DNA of 62,999 nucleotides, counting the filler, from Octopus bimaculoides (Eukaryota): the NCBI RefSeq assembly GCF_001194135.2. It is 8 parts of 7 records of this genome, joined end to end, with 100 filler letters (N's around TTAATTAATTAA, not from the genome) between each part and the next. Parts side by side here need not be neighbours in the genome. Positions count along the whole stretch, not along the records: positions 2,651 to 15,749 come from NC_068987.1; positions 15,850 to 27,962 come from NC_068983.1; 6 more parts are not named here. One strand, written 5' to 3'. The notes beneath the pieces were generated by a model. The model was not told the origin of the DNA. It did not search any database and saw nothing but the letters and a program-made list of their open reading frames with translations. Position numbers and translations under genes: made by a program. Of the stretch, positions 12,392-23,826 are shown piece after piece; positions within the stretch are counted from its first letter, which is position 1; the number at the start of each line of letters is the position of its first letter.

Positions 12392-14527
12392 TCTAAAAAG
12401 ATATACTGACAATTAGAACGTTTCAGTAACTATATCTTTTTCAGTTGATACATGCAGTGATTAAGATCAATTAAAAGTAATTGCAGTTATTTAACTCTTT
12501 CCCTGTCCAAAGCATTTTCATAAGTTTGTCCTCAACGGCTGTTTGTTTTCAGACTTTTGGTCAGCCTTTGTTTCATATATTCTGAGAAATGCAAAGCTTC
12601 ATTTTCTTAAGTCTCATGTTACGCTGGTGGTTGAAAATAATTGGAAATGTGTGTATCGCATATGAAGTATAGATGCCAGGGAAATACGGCATGTATATCA
12701 AATATGATACTAAGGAGAGGAAAAAGGTTAATGGAATATAGTACTGGCAGAACGGAGAAAGACAGAGATATGGTGAGAGTAAATGCTTTCTTTACGATAA
12801 TTTGTTTTGCGTCTTTATGTCATATTGTTTAGGCTCCAGAACAGAGAATTTAATATTAAGCTGAAGAATTACTCAGCACTTTTTTGCGGAGTGCATATTT
12901 GTTGCAAGAAATGAGGTGACAGTGGCTTAGAAGTCGGTCTGTTCGCAGTTTCCACCTTTCAAATTTAAAACATAATGTATTGTTTTATTGCTCAACTGCA
13001 CGCTATGAGAGAAAAACTGGTCTGAAATGCCGCAAGGTGAGAACGAACCCGGAACGGCACGCTTGCGAAGTAAACTTTTTTTTAAATCAGACTGCCGTAG
13101 TTGTTCCTATAATTTTATATGATGTTCAATATTCGTTCAATACAGCTTTAAATACTCTGATCAAAAAGTGATAAACTAGTTTTGTTTCATAACGCAACTG
13201 AGAATGAGTTCAAACATAGCGTTGTTATTCACATCTGAACTTTCCTTGATCGATAGTTGAAAGTAGCTGGTGGATTGTGATATTTAGTAACGTCCCTTTG
13301 TGTTCCGAGTTCAAATCCTGCCGAGGTCAACTTTTCCTTTCATCCTTTTGGTGGTCGATGAAAAAAAAGTACTGGTTCGATTTAATTGACTATACTGTCC
13401 CCAAATATTTGTGGCCGTGAGTGTCAATGTTAGAAATCAATAATTGAAAACTCGTATTGATTTTGGTGAAGAAGAGGACAGAAAATTCTGATGTTTATGC
13501 TGTGACTAAAAAACATTAGCGGTGTAAAGGATATGAAGTGATGTGGCCGCATCATTATCTTCTATAATATTATTCAAATGTTACGGCGTGCGTTTGAGTG
13601 TTACGCATTTAACAACTTTAAGTATGGAACAAAATCGAAGACATAATCAAAACCTTTAACACCACTGTGTGTTTTACTGTGTGTTTTACAAGTTTTACTA
13701 TGGAAGGACACTGAAGACATAATGAAACTAGTAGTGGCACACTTTCACCAACTTTAAAACTAAGGAGTTCAATTCGGAGACGAAAATCTATAGCGTTAAA
13801 TCGATATCTTTACCTTAAAAACAATGTTATGAAGATCCATAAATTTATGATTCAAAATAGATATAAGAACATTTATAAACGCAGAATTTTCAAGTTTTTT
13901 TCTAGTAACAATAATTAATATTTTATGCTGTTTCTTTCAAGTCACAATAATTAATATTTTATGCTGTTGTGCACAGAAAATCAGCCATGATCGAACAAAT
14001 ATAATCAAAGGTATCTTTAAAGAGGAATTTTTTGATATATTATATTCCTTGGGCTTAGTGTAGCCAAGATAACATGGAATCGTTTTCTGGCAGTGAGAAT
14101 CTTTTGGTTTGTAAGGTGTACAAACAACTTCCATTTTCCCGACTTTGAATCTAGGGAAATGAAACCGGCAAAATGGATCGGAACCACTGGAAGATTTATT
14201 GTTTCGATTAACTTCCTCCTCCAAATTGTTGGCTCTGCGCCGATATGAGAATTGGTTAATATGTCTAGAATAATAATAAGGCGGAGAGCCTGGCAGGATC
14301 GTTAGCACACCGGATTAAATGCTTAGTGGCATTTCATCCGTCTTTACGGTCTGTGTTCATGGTCTAATGAGGTCGACTTCGTCCTTCATTCTTTCAGAGT
14401 CGATGAAATAAAGCGCCATCTAGTTGCTTGGACCAACATACTTAACATTTTCTTGGCCCTGGGGGTACACACACACACACACACACACACATACATTCGT
14501 ACATGCGTGCACACGTACTTATATACA

Positions 14528-14559
<32 letters not shown>

Positions 14560-14665
14560 CATGTGGTTCAAAAAGATGCAAAAGTATGCAAAAACACAAA
14601 CAGGAGACAGAACAACAGTGGAAGAAGACTTTAACATTTTGAGCATGAGCTCTACTGCGGAAAGG

Positions 14666-14773
<108 letters not shown>

Positions 14774-14849
14774 AGATGGAGAAAGGAACAAATGGAGATT
14801 AAAAAATGTATCTGAATTAATGGCTGCTACATGTTATGTATGTATGTCA

Positions 14850-15374
14850 TTATGCAGTTTATTTCAAGATTTCTTGCCAATAGAGAAAGAAGCGGTTTCT
14901 AACCTAGATTCAAGGCTACTCCACTGGAATTTCAACATCAACAACAGGGTATTTTTGCTTGTATCTATATATGTGCAGATTTGTATGTTTTATGTATGTA
15001 TTCTCATGCCTATAGCTACATACCTAGACATGCTCATATATATTTAAATGACAAACTTCTGGAAAGTTTTACAGATTTTTGCAGTTCCAGTGATAGATTG
15101 GATCTGTAGACTTCAAATTAGCTTTAATCCTTTCTGGTGTTCAGAAGCCTAATTTCTCAAGATCGGTATTTAGGCAGTGTGTTACATATCCCAGGGCCCC
15201 AATAATTACAGGTACAAATCTAAACTTGTAATCTGATTAGAGTAACTGCAGATTTCTCAATAGTTCAGCATACGTGATCTCTGTTTCACTGATCTTCAGC
15301 TTTATGTTAACATCCGCTGGGCAGCTAATTTCCACAACTGTGCACAGTTTGTCTTCTCTATCCCAAATCATCAT
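14850..15374 (-). mobile_element. 3' end of an RLE-endonuclease (R2/R4/NeSL-like) LINE, family A, with 3' UTR
   Basis: IWDREDKLCTVVEISCPADVNIKLK..E..Y.ELLRNLQLL then FVPVIIGALG; D..+E+S/T.P..K..KY nuclease-type pattern. Confidence 0.8.
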
Positions 15375-15420
15375 GTGTGTATGTATAGTAATAATAATAA
15401 TGATGATAATAGTAATAATA

Positions 15421-15451
<31 letters not shown>

Positions 15452-15749
15452 TACCAGCAGATGACAACGTTTCTCTAAAAGAAATGGAAAAACTTTCAAA
15501 ATACAAAGACCTGGAAATAGAGATAACTCGAATGTGGAATCTAAAAACAGAAACAATTCCTATCATAGTAGGTGCCTTAGGTATAATAAAAAAATATTCA
15601 GACAAATACATAACAAAAACACCAGGACTTACAAATATATATAACATACAGAAAATTGCACTACTGGGTACTGCACACATTCTACGCAAAACACTTTCAA
15701 TACAGTAAACATAAGAGCACCACAGCAAACCACAGCACATACCCAAGGC
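15452..15749 (+). mobile_element. 5'-truncated R4/Dong-like RLE LINE 3' end, family B, starting in a (TAA)n array
   Basis: IPADDNVSLKEMEKLSKYKDLEIEITRMWNLKTETIPIIVGALG...QKIALLGTAHILRKTL* (stop 15708); cut by the join at 15750. Confidence 0.85.
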
Positions 15750-15849
15750 NNNNNNNNNNNNNNNNNNNNNNNNNNNNNNNNNNNNNNNNNNNNTTAATTA
15801 ATTAANNNNNNNNNNNNNNNNNNNNNNNNNNNNNNNNNNNNNNNNNNNN
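15750..15849. other. Artificial scaffold join with six-frame-stop linker
   Basis: 44 N + TTAATTAATTAA (15794-15805) + 44 N. Confidence 0.92.
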
Positions 15850-15901
<52 letters not shown>

Positions 15902-15904
<3 letters not shown>

Positions 15905-16290
15905 TACTACGGCACTCTGTCGGTTATGACGACAAGGGTTCCAGGTGATCCAATCAACAGAACAGCCTGCTCGTGAAATTAATGTGCAAGTGGCTGAGCA
16001 GTCCACAGACATGTGCACCCTTAACGTAGTTTTTGGGGAGGGAGATTCAGTATGACACAGAGTGTGACAAAGCTGGCCCTTTGAAATACAGGTACAACAG
16101 AAACAGGAAGAAAGAGTGAGAGAAAGTTGTGGTGAAAGAGTACAACAGAGTTTGCCACCACCCACTGCCAGAGCCTCGTGGAGCTTTAAGTGTTTTCACT
16201 CAATAAATACTCACAACGCCCAGTCTGGGAATCAAAACTGATCCTATGTCTGTGAGTCTACTGCCCTAACCACTGGGCCATTGTGCCTCC
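15902..16290 (-). mobile_element. Long tRNA-derived SINE (same family as 40191-40570)
   Basis: Reverse complement matches the 40191 copy from the GGAGG head to the GAGTGCC tail. Confidence 0.85.
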
Positions 16291-16923
16291 ACACACACAC
16301 ACACACACACATATACATATATAGGTTTGGCCAAAAGTCACCTGAGAGTAAATCAAAATTCCATAAATACTACCTGTAATTCTGTATTGACTTGAATGGA
16401 AAAACATGTGGCCCAAGAGGGACTTCAGCACTGTTTGAGTGTTGGGCCTCATAGAAGCAGTGACAGGTGACCAAGACCTTTGGCAATATACTCTTGGAGC
16501 GGTTAACATTAGGAAGGGAATCCAGCCATAGAAACCATGCCAAATCAGATCGGAACCTAGTGCAGCTCCCTGTCTTACCAGTTTTCATTCAAACCATCCA
16601 ATCCATGCTAGTATGGAAAGCGGATGTTAAATAATGATGATGATGTGTGTGTGTGTGTATGAGTGCATGAATATGTATCTCTGTCTTTGTTTACATCTGC
16701 AATCACTTGAACAAAAGTGTGAAAGTTGTTATTGTCAGTTTCTCCTATCAAATTACCTCAGGTGCTTTATGCCTCTGATGCCATGTGGAATAAGTGATAT
16801 TTGGAAAACAGGTGAGGAATAGCATAAGGAAGGGCACCTGGCTATAAAACAATGCCTGAAATATTCATCCAATCTATGCAAGCATGGAAAAAAAATGGAC
16901 ATAAAAGAAAAGAAGTAAAAAAA

Positions 16924-17519
16924 GACAGACACACAAATAAATAAATAGATAGTTAGGATAGATAGAGAGAGAGAAAATATATTTAGCCATATTAGCAAAA
17001 TAGATTTAACTACAGAGAGAGGAGGGGCAGGGGTGACTCCATGATGTTTATAATAGTGAGTATAGAATAGCACTGCATGAAGAAATCTGATGAGAGTATA
17101 TTATTTAATATACAGCTAAACACCTAATAATTACATATAGTAATTAGAAACATTGCACATACTTAGTGACTGTTGCAGCATCCAGACTGAGTATGCTCAC
17201 TCCATCAGAACAGACATAACATGAATTAATGTTAAGACTTTACAGAGTTACTAAGTATAACCAAATAGATTTAACATGATTAATCTTCACTACCACAAAT
17301 ATAATATCACTTACTCATGTTGTTTGGTACATACATTACACTCAACTACCAAGCAATGACAGACACGCAAATAGATAAATAGATAGTTAGGATAAATAGA
17401 TAGAGAGAAAATATATTTAGCCATATTAGCAAAATAGATTTAACTACAGAGAGAGGAGGGGCAGGGGTGACTCCATGATGTTTATAATAGTGAGTATGGA
17501 ATAGTACTGCATGAGGAAA
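16924..17519 (+). repeat. Local ~160-bp direct duplication (16924-17085 and 17358-17519)
   Basis: A core of about 90 bp (GAAAATATATTTAGCC...TAGTGAGTAT) is identical in both copies. Confidence 0.9.
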
Positions 17520-18994
17520 CAGAACTGGTACTTTTTAACTAGGCCATATACAGCATCAATAAATATGAAGTTGATAAACAAATACTTCCTTGCAATTGCT
17601 TAATATAATATTTCTGTGTTAATAAATTGCATACTTGAAAAGACAAAAAAGGAAAAAAAAAAAAATGGGAGAGAGATCTTTGTGCTAATTAAATTACCTC
17701 ATTACTTATTAAGCTATTCTGAATTCTTTACCTATCTAATTATATTTTTTTAGAACATGTAAATATATGCAGGAAACAACAACAAAATTGCCCTCAAATC
17801 ACAGCCTACCATCTTAAAAAGGTGATACAGTGGATAATATGGTCCTAAAATTACTATATTTGGAAGAAATAAAATAATGGTCATGGTTAGAATGTCGTCT
17901 GATCATACATTTGCTCAGTTAGAACTAAGATGACCAGGGTTAAGCAATAACAAAATATTGACTTCAAGTTTCAGTGAAGGAGTAAGTCGATTACATCAAC
18001 CCCAGTGCTCAACTGGTACTTATTTTATTGACCCCAAAAGGATGAAAGGCAAAGCTGACCTCGGCAGAATTTGAACTCAGAATGTAAAGATGGACAAAAT
18101 GTTGCTAAGGATTTTGGCCAGAGTGCTAACATGCCTTCAGTAACAATAACAGAATATTAGTAGCAATTTGACGTTAGGAAGGGCATCCAGCCATAGAAAC
18201 CATACCAAATCCAATTGGAACATGGTGCAGCTCCTATGCTTACCAGTTTTCAGTCAAACTGTCCAGTTCATGCCATCATGGAAAACAGACATTAAATGAT
18301 GATGATGATGAAATAATTCAAATACTAAAATCCTGAATTTAATCAACCAGTGTTACACTTTCTTCTGGCTTCTCAAAGAACTTCCTTCTGTAAGTAGTAC
18401 ACTCATATTTGTTGTTCTCTTTACATCTAATTCCACAAATGTTATTCTCCTCTTAATCTATCTCACTCTGCTTTGCTAGGTCTACTACCACATTTACATA
18501 TATACAACATAGAAAAAAAAAAGCACTTGTAATCACTTCAAACCAACAAGGTCACAAATGCTGGCAATGCCCCTTCATTATTCTCACCAAATTCTTTACT
18601 CTATCTCTCTACAAATATCTATTTCCATCTTCAGAAACATGGTACAACATATTCCACTGTCTAGAAAATCAATGATCTGATTCTTTATCAACAAAATATT
18701 TGACCATTTCTAGCATGCAACTAACTGAATTGTCATCTTACCTGTCTCATCCCTTAGATTAAGATTTTCTAAATGTCTTATCTGGGTTTCTCCTATAAAT
18801 TTAATCATTCACTGTTGTTATATACTTCAGCAGAAATTAAATTGGTTATTAACTAAACGTTAGTGGTGCTTCAAATCTTGTTCAATTATTTGTACCTGAG
18901 GAGTTTCTGTCTGTAAACATAGCTTTAACCCTTTGCCTGTTCTGTGTATTACATGATACACAGGACATATTTCCCTGACATCCACGAATCATAT

Positions 18995-19205
18995 TGTTGT
19001 ATTTCTCTCGTGGGACTTGCAGAGACAACACAACGAGTTGTACTATTTAGTTATCACATTTATTTATTAACTATAAACAAAGAACTCACTCACCAAATTG
19101 TTAGTTATCAAGAAACAAGAATGTTGTCCTCGTCATATATCTCAATAACCTTCAACCTCGACAGTCACACAAAACAACAACGAAACAGGGACCCCAGACG
19201 AACAA
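18995..19205 (-). mobile_element. LTR 3'-end fragment (solo), family shared with 43935-44175
   Basis: Minus strand has AATAAA then ends ...AAATACAACA; similarity to the 43.9-kb copy stops at this end. Confidence 0.55.
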
Positions 19206-19218
19206 CAAACAAATTTAA

Positions 19219-19870
19219 CAGTACCGCCTGACTGGCCTTCGTAGGATTTTCGAGTGAAATCGTTGCCAGTGCTCCTGGACTGGCTTGTGCGGGTGGCACA
19301 TAAAAGACACCATTTCAAGCGTGGCCATTGCCAGTACCGCCTGACTGGCCTTCGTAGGATTTTTGAGTNNNNNNNNNNNNNNNNNNNNNNNNNNNNNNNN
19401 NNNNNNNNNNNNNNNNNNNNNNNNNNNNNNNNNNNNNNNNNNNNNNNNNNNNNNNNNNNNNNNNNNNNNNNNNNNNNNNNNNNNNNNNNNNNNNNNNNNN
19501 NNNNNNNNNNNNNNNNNNNNNNNNNNNNNNNNNNNNNNNNNNACAGTACCGCCTGACTGGCCTTCGTAGGATTTTCGAGTGAAATCGTTGCCAGTGCTCC
19601 TGGACTGGCTTGTGCGGGTGGCACATAAAAGACACCATTTCGAGCGTGGCCGTTGCCAGTATCGCCTGACTGGCCTTCGTGCGGGTGACACGTAATAGCA
19701 CCTACTACACTCTCTGAGTGGTTGGCATTAGGAAGGGCATCCAGCTGTAGAAACTCTGCCAAATTTAGATTGGAGCCTGGTGTTGCCATCCGGTTTCACC
19801 AGTCCTCAGTCAGATCGTCCAACCCATGCTAGCATGGAAAGCGGACGTTAAACGATGATGATGATGATGA
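19219..19870 (+). mobile_element. Young SINE-like element with internal ~113-bp tandem repeat and (ATG)n end
   Basis: Near-identical to the reverse complements of 27731-27962 and 57063-57290; unit CAGTACCGCCTGACTGGCC... at 19219, 19332 and 19544; orientation inferred from the microsatellite tail. Confidence 0.85.
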
Positions 19871-20754
19871 TATAACACATATGATGACATTTTAGGACAG
19901 CTCCTAATGATGTGCATCATGTCTTCAACATTAACACCATCGAATTTCTGTTGTTGTTATGCCAGAATGTACTACCTTTATCTCAATAAACATTTTTACC
20001 TGAAGTATTTTGTTACCATTTCATATTCCTGTATTGCAAGAAATTTATCCTTCAAACTGAGAGCTAACACAGCAGTCACTAAATCAAGACTTATCTGTTG
20101 CTGTTTTCAATGTTGTTGTCACAATGAAACTTTATGGTAAAACGGTCATGCATGATTAATAACTTATGCACTTTTAGCTGTTTAATTTCTCTTGATCTGT
20201 ATTCTTGGTCATCAAGTGCAAAAAAAAAAAAAATTTCTGAGAGACTCTTTTTCATCTTAGTAATGTTGTTTGTCTCATTCATACATGGATGTTCTATGGG
20301 AGCACTGTGATTCTGGATGATTACTGAACATAGTCAAAATACATAATATATTTGAATGCTGTGTCAATTGATTTAAGTTTCTATTACCTTGTTCTCACTT
20401 TTGATAAAAGTAGTCAATATTACTTTTAATGTAGACGTTTCAACTAGTAGCCAGTATAGTACTCAATCAATTGACCTAAATGTAAATATTAGTAATTCTA
20501 TAGCTAATACAATGTAACATCGATTTATTGTGTAGTAGAGAAGTCCATGTGTCATAGTTTGTTCACTCTGATATAATATACCTTGTTTATGTGTTCTATG
20601 TTATAAGTCCCATCAAACAATACATTTCTATTTATCACTGATAATGCAATCAGACTGAGCGTAACTTTTCAATGCTTTATGAGAGCTCTTAAATTTTTTT
20701 TGAGGTCTCCTTCATCTCAGGGTTGTTTTGTCTTCCACTCTCTTTGTACATCAA

Positions 20755-20972
20755 CCCTTTAGCATTCAGATTACTTTATCAAATGTAATGTCTAATTATT
20801 CACATTGCTTTGAATTGATCATGCATCATCTCATAGCTTCAAGATTTTGATGATGTAATTGTTTATTTTTAGAATGACATTGTAGGGTAAGTGTGAGAGG
20901 CTGAATCTGGCCAGTTTGAACATAAAATAGGTGAAATATTTGGGCTGGATATGGCTGGTTCAAATGCCAAAG
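20755..20972. mobile_element. ~220-bp TTAA-type (piggyBac-like) MITE
   Basis: CCCTTTAGCATT ... AATG(C/T)(C/T)AAAG termini; same family at 23442-23659, 51089-52288 and 56560-56781, several flanked by TTAA. Confidence 0.75.
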
Positions 20973-21179
20973 TTTCTCTTAATGAAAACACTTCTGACCA
21001 GCAAAAAAATCTACTTTATCTGTTGACATTAAAAGTAGAAATTTCAAGCAGCTTGTTGGATAATCAAGTAATTTTCTTCAGTTTCCAAATGTAATGAGAG
21101 AGCAAGGTAGCATTCTTTTTAAATTAAGTTTTGGGTGGTGTAGACATGCCAAGTATCTGGTTTCATACGAGATTGACAT

Positions 21180-22005
21180 GGTTTGTTAATACCATTTTCA
21201 TATAAAGCATGAAGAAGTACTGTCTTGAAAGTAATGACAGCCTTTGAGAAAGAGGGAAAAACCTCCTTGTCGAAACAAAACTCCAGAAGAAAACCAAAAC
21301 ACGAATTGTTAAAAAGGATCACAAAAGTACAGCTTCCAAAATTATTGCAGAGCTTAATGACCCCTTTGAGAATCCAGTTTCCACAAAAACTGCTTGCTGG
21401 GAGCTGCACAAAGCCAGATTTCATGGGAGGGCTGCAATTAGAAAACCACTACTTTCAAAAACAAACATTGCAAAGCGTTTAGAGTGGAGTAAAAACCTAC
21501 AGAATTGGTCCCTAGAGCAGTGGAAGAATGTTATTTTCTCAGATGAGTCATCCGTTACCTTATTTCTGACAATCAGCCAAGTATACTTGTGGAGACAGCC
21601 AAAAGAAGCATTTGACCCAGGCTGTCTTCTTCCAACTATTAAACATGGAGGAGGATCTGTGATGATCTGGGGGGTTATATCTTGGAAATCTGCCAGCCCA
21701 ATGGTTTCCCTTCATGGTAGAATTAATAGTCAAGACTATTTAAGCATTTTATCTGATCAAATTCATCCTATGGTTGCGGAACTGTTTCCAGAGGGAAACG
21801 CAATCTTGCAGGATGATAATGCACTAAAATTCACACAGCTGAAGTTGCTAGTGAATGGCACAAGGAACATTCTAGTAAAGTTGAACATCTTATCTGGCTA
21901 CCACAGCCTCCAGATCTCAATATTATTGAATATTTATGGTGCATTTTAGAAAACAAGTAAGGAGTTGATATCCTCCACCATCATCACTACTAGAACTGGA
22001 GACTG
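21180..22005 (+). mobile_element. Frameshifted Tc1-family transposase pseudogene (DD36E spacing)
   Basis: VIFSDES (GAT 21542), KHGGGSVMIWG, QDDNA (GAT 21815), WLPQPPDLNIIE (GAA 21928); runs into an N gap. Confidence 0.93.
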
Positions 22006-22206
22006 TNNNNNNNNNNNNNNNNNNNNNNNNNNNNNNNNNNNNNNNNNNNNNNNNNNNNNNNNNNNNNNNNNNNNNNNNNNNNNNNNNNNNNNNNNNNNNN
22101 NNNNNNNNNNNNNNNNNNNNNNNNNNNNNNNNNNNNNNNNNNNNNNNNNNNNNNNNNNNNNNNNNNNNNNNNNNNNNNNNNNNNNNNNNNNNNNNNNNNN
22201 NNNNNN

Positions 22207-22246
<40 letters not shown>

Positions 22247-22609
22247 CCAAACACATATGTGTATGTATAAACCTATATATAATCATCATCACCATAACTT
22301 TTACAGCTGATTTTCCATGCAGTGATGCCTTGATAAAATCAACCACATCTCACTTGTGCATTCTATTTTGAGCATTTTATTTACAGCTGGATACCCTTCA
22401 TATTACCAACTAGTTTATGCAGTGCATTTTATCATTTGTGCGTTGCCATTTATGCACAATGCACACAAACATTGCATATCTAGAAGCACATACTCACTTC
22501 TCTCTTTATTAGCTTTCACAAATCTTCTGCAGTGAAAGCAAACATCTAACTATCATGCTACATCACATTTCAAACACAAGCATCATATAATCTACTCTTT
22601 ACTGCAAAA

Positions 22610-23040
22610 GAAACCCTTTTGTCTGTGGATGTAATAGTTACCTAAACATTTTCCAACCTAGTCTTATTCTGACAAATATACTTTAGAATATCCTTACCAT
22701 CCCTGCTAGTTAGGTCACCTATGTAACAAAAGCAGTCAACTACTTCAAAGGACCCCTTTGAGCACATGAAAGAATTTATCTTACAAGTTCTCCTATTGCT
22801 AACTGCTCTTATGCATCCACTACATGTAAAGTCTTCTTTCTTTGCTAACCTACCTATGAGCTCATTACATCTTATGTGCATCCATAGTTTACTTTAGACT
22901 TTGTCAGATTCACTTTGAACCCCTTCAGTTTTCATTTTTTCTGGCTTCCATGTTTGGAATTTCTTCTCTATTCCTTTAACAGATTCAACTACGAAAATTA
23001 GGTCATCAGTATATAGGAACTCCCACAGACATTTGGTCAG
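22610..23040 (-). mobile_element. RTE-clade LINE reverse transcriptase fragment
   Basis: FLYTDDLIFVVES (YADD-like), KKFQTWK, H.RC..L.GRL..K.DF.CS.C, FEVVDCFCYIGD. Confidence 0.85.
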
Positions 23041-23060
23041 TTTATTATAGTTCTCTAGAG

Positions 23061-23301
23061 CAGCAGTCCCTGACCATGAGGTTGCAGACCAGCACAGCTC
23101 TATGGGTCGTTTGGTGCCAGGTTGCACAAAAAGAATAAATTTCTTAATTTTATTTCTACTTTATTACTCTCACACTCTACAGGATGTTTTTGCATTAAAT
23201 ACGTAATAATTAAATTATATATTATGCACTATACTGTGTTTTGTTATGCAAGTGACTCCCTCTCCCGCTCTGTGGTGCATAAAAAAGATTGGGGACCATT
23301 G
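23061..23301. mobile_element. 241-bp hAT-Charlie-like MITE
   Basis: TSD CTCTAGAG (23053-60) / CTCTAGAA (23302-09) fits the nTCTAGAn Charlie preference; TIRs CAGCAGTCCCTGACC / GATTGGGGACCATTG. Confidence 0.8.
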
Positions 23302-23772
23302 CTCTAGAATATATAATAAACAAGAGGCTGAGAACCAAGCCTAATGGACACTAACATGAAAGCTAAATTCTTCACTGAACTCATTGCTATTGCACATTTT
23401 GCTGACAGCAGCTCTGTACATGGTATGCATGGCTCTCTTAACCCTTTAGCATTCAGATTACTCCGAGAAATATAATTCTTATTTATTCATATTGTTTTGA
23501 ATTATTCATGTATTATCTCATAGCTGTGAGATTTCAATGATGTAATCGTTATTTTTAGAATGACATTGTACATAAAGGGTCATGGTCAGATTTGACCAGT
23601 TTGAACATAATACAGGGAAAATACTTAGATCTGGTATGGCCAGCTTAAATGCCAAAGGGTTATGCCAGCAATCTACACTTAGTTTTCTTAATGATCATCA
23701 GATTATAAAGAATGGGACCTTGTCAAATATGTAGGGTCGTGAAATTATAGCTGCCATTGAGGAAGTACTATT

Positions 23773-23826
23773 CTGCGCATGCGCAGGGTCTTCACCACCG
23801 GAAGCCCCTCGAGTTGCGCATGCGTA
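23773..23826. promoter_or_regulatory. NRF1-ETS-NRF1 promoter-like motif cluster
   Basis: CTGCGCATGCGCAG perfect palindrome 23773-23786, ACCGGAAG 23797-23804, TGCGCATGCGTA 23815-23826. Confidence 0.5.

Noticed and set aside
12990-13075. Possible exon RYERKTGLKCRK|GTGAGA next to a CCGGAA motif
   Set aside because: No recognisable homology or clear acceptor; a single motif is insufficient.
14036-14250. Plus-strand ITWNRFLAV (GPCR TM3-like) and minus-strand LDSKSGKW (LTR RT-like) resemblances
   Set aside because: Short, mutually exclusive, bounded by stops; no second motif supports either.
19219-19680. CRISPR-like array
   Set aside because: Whole ~113-bp units repeat with no unique spacers; eukaryotic SINE context; no cas genes.
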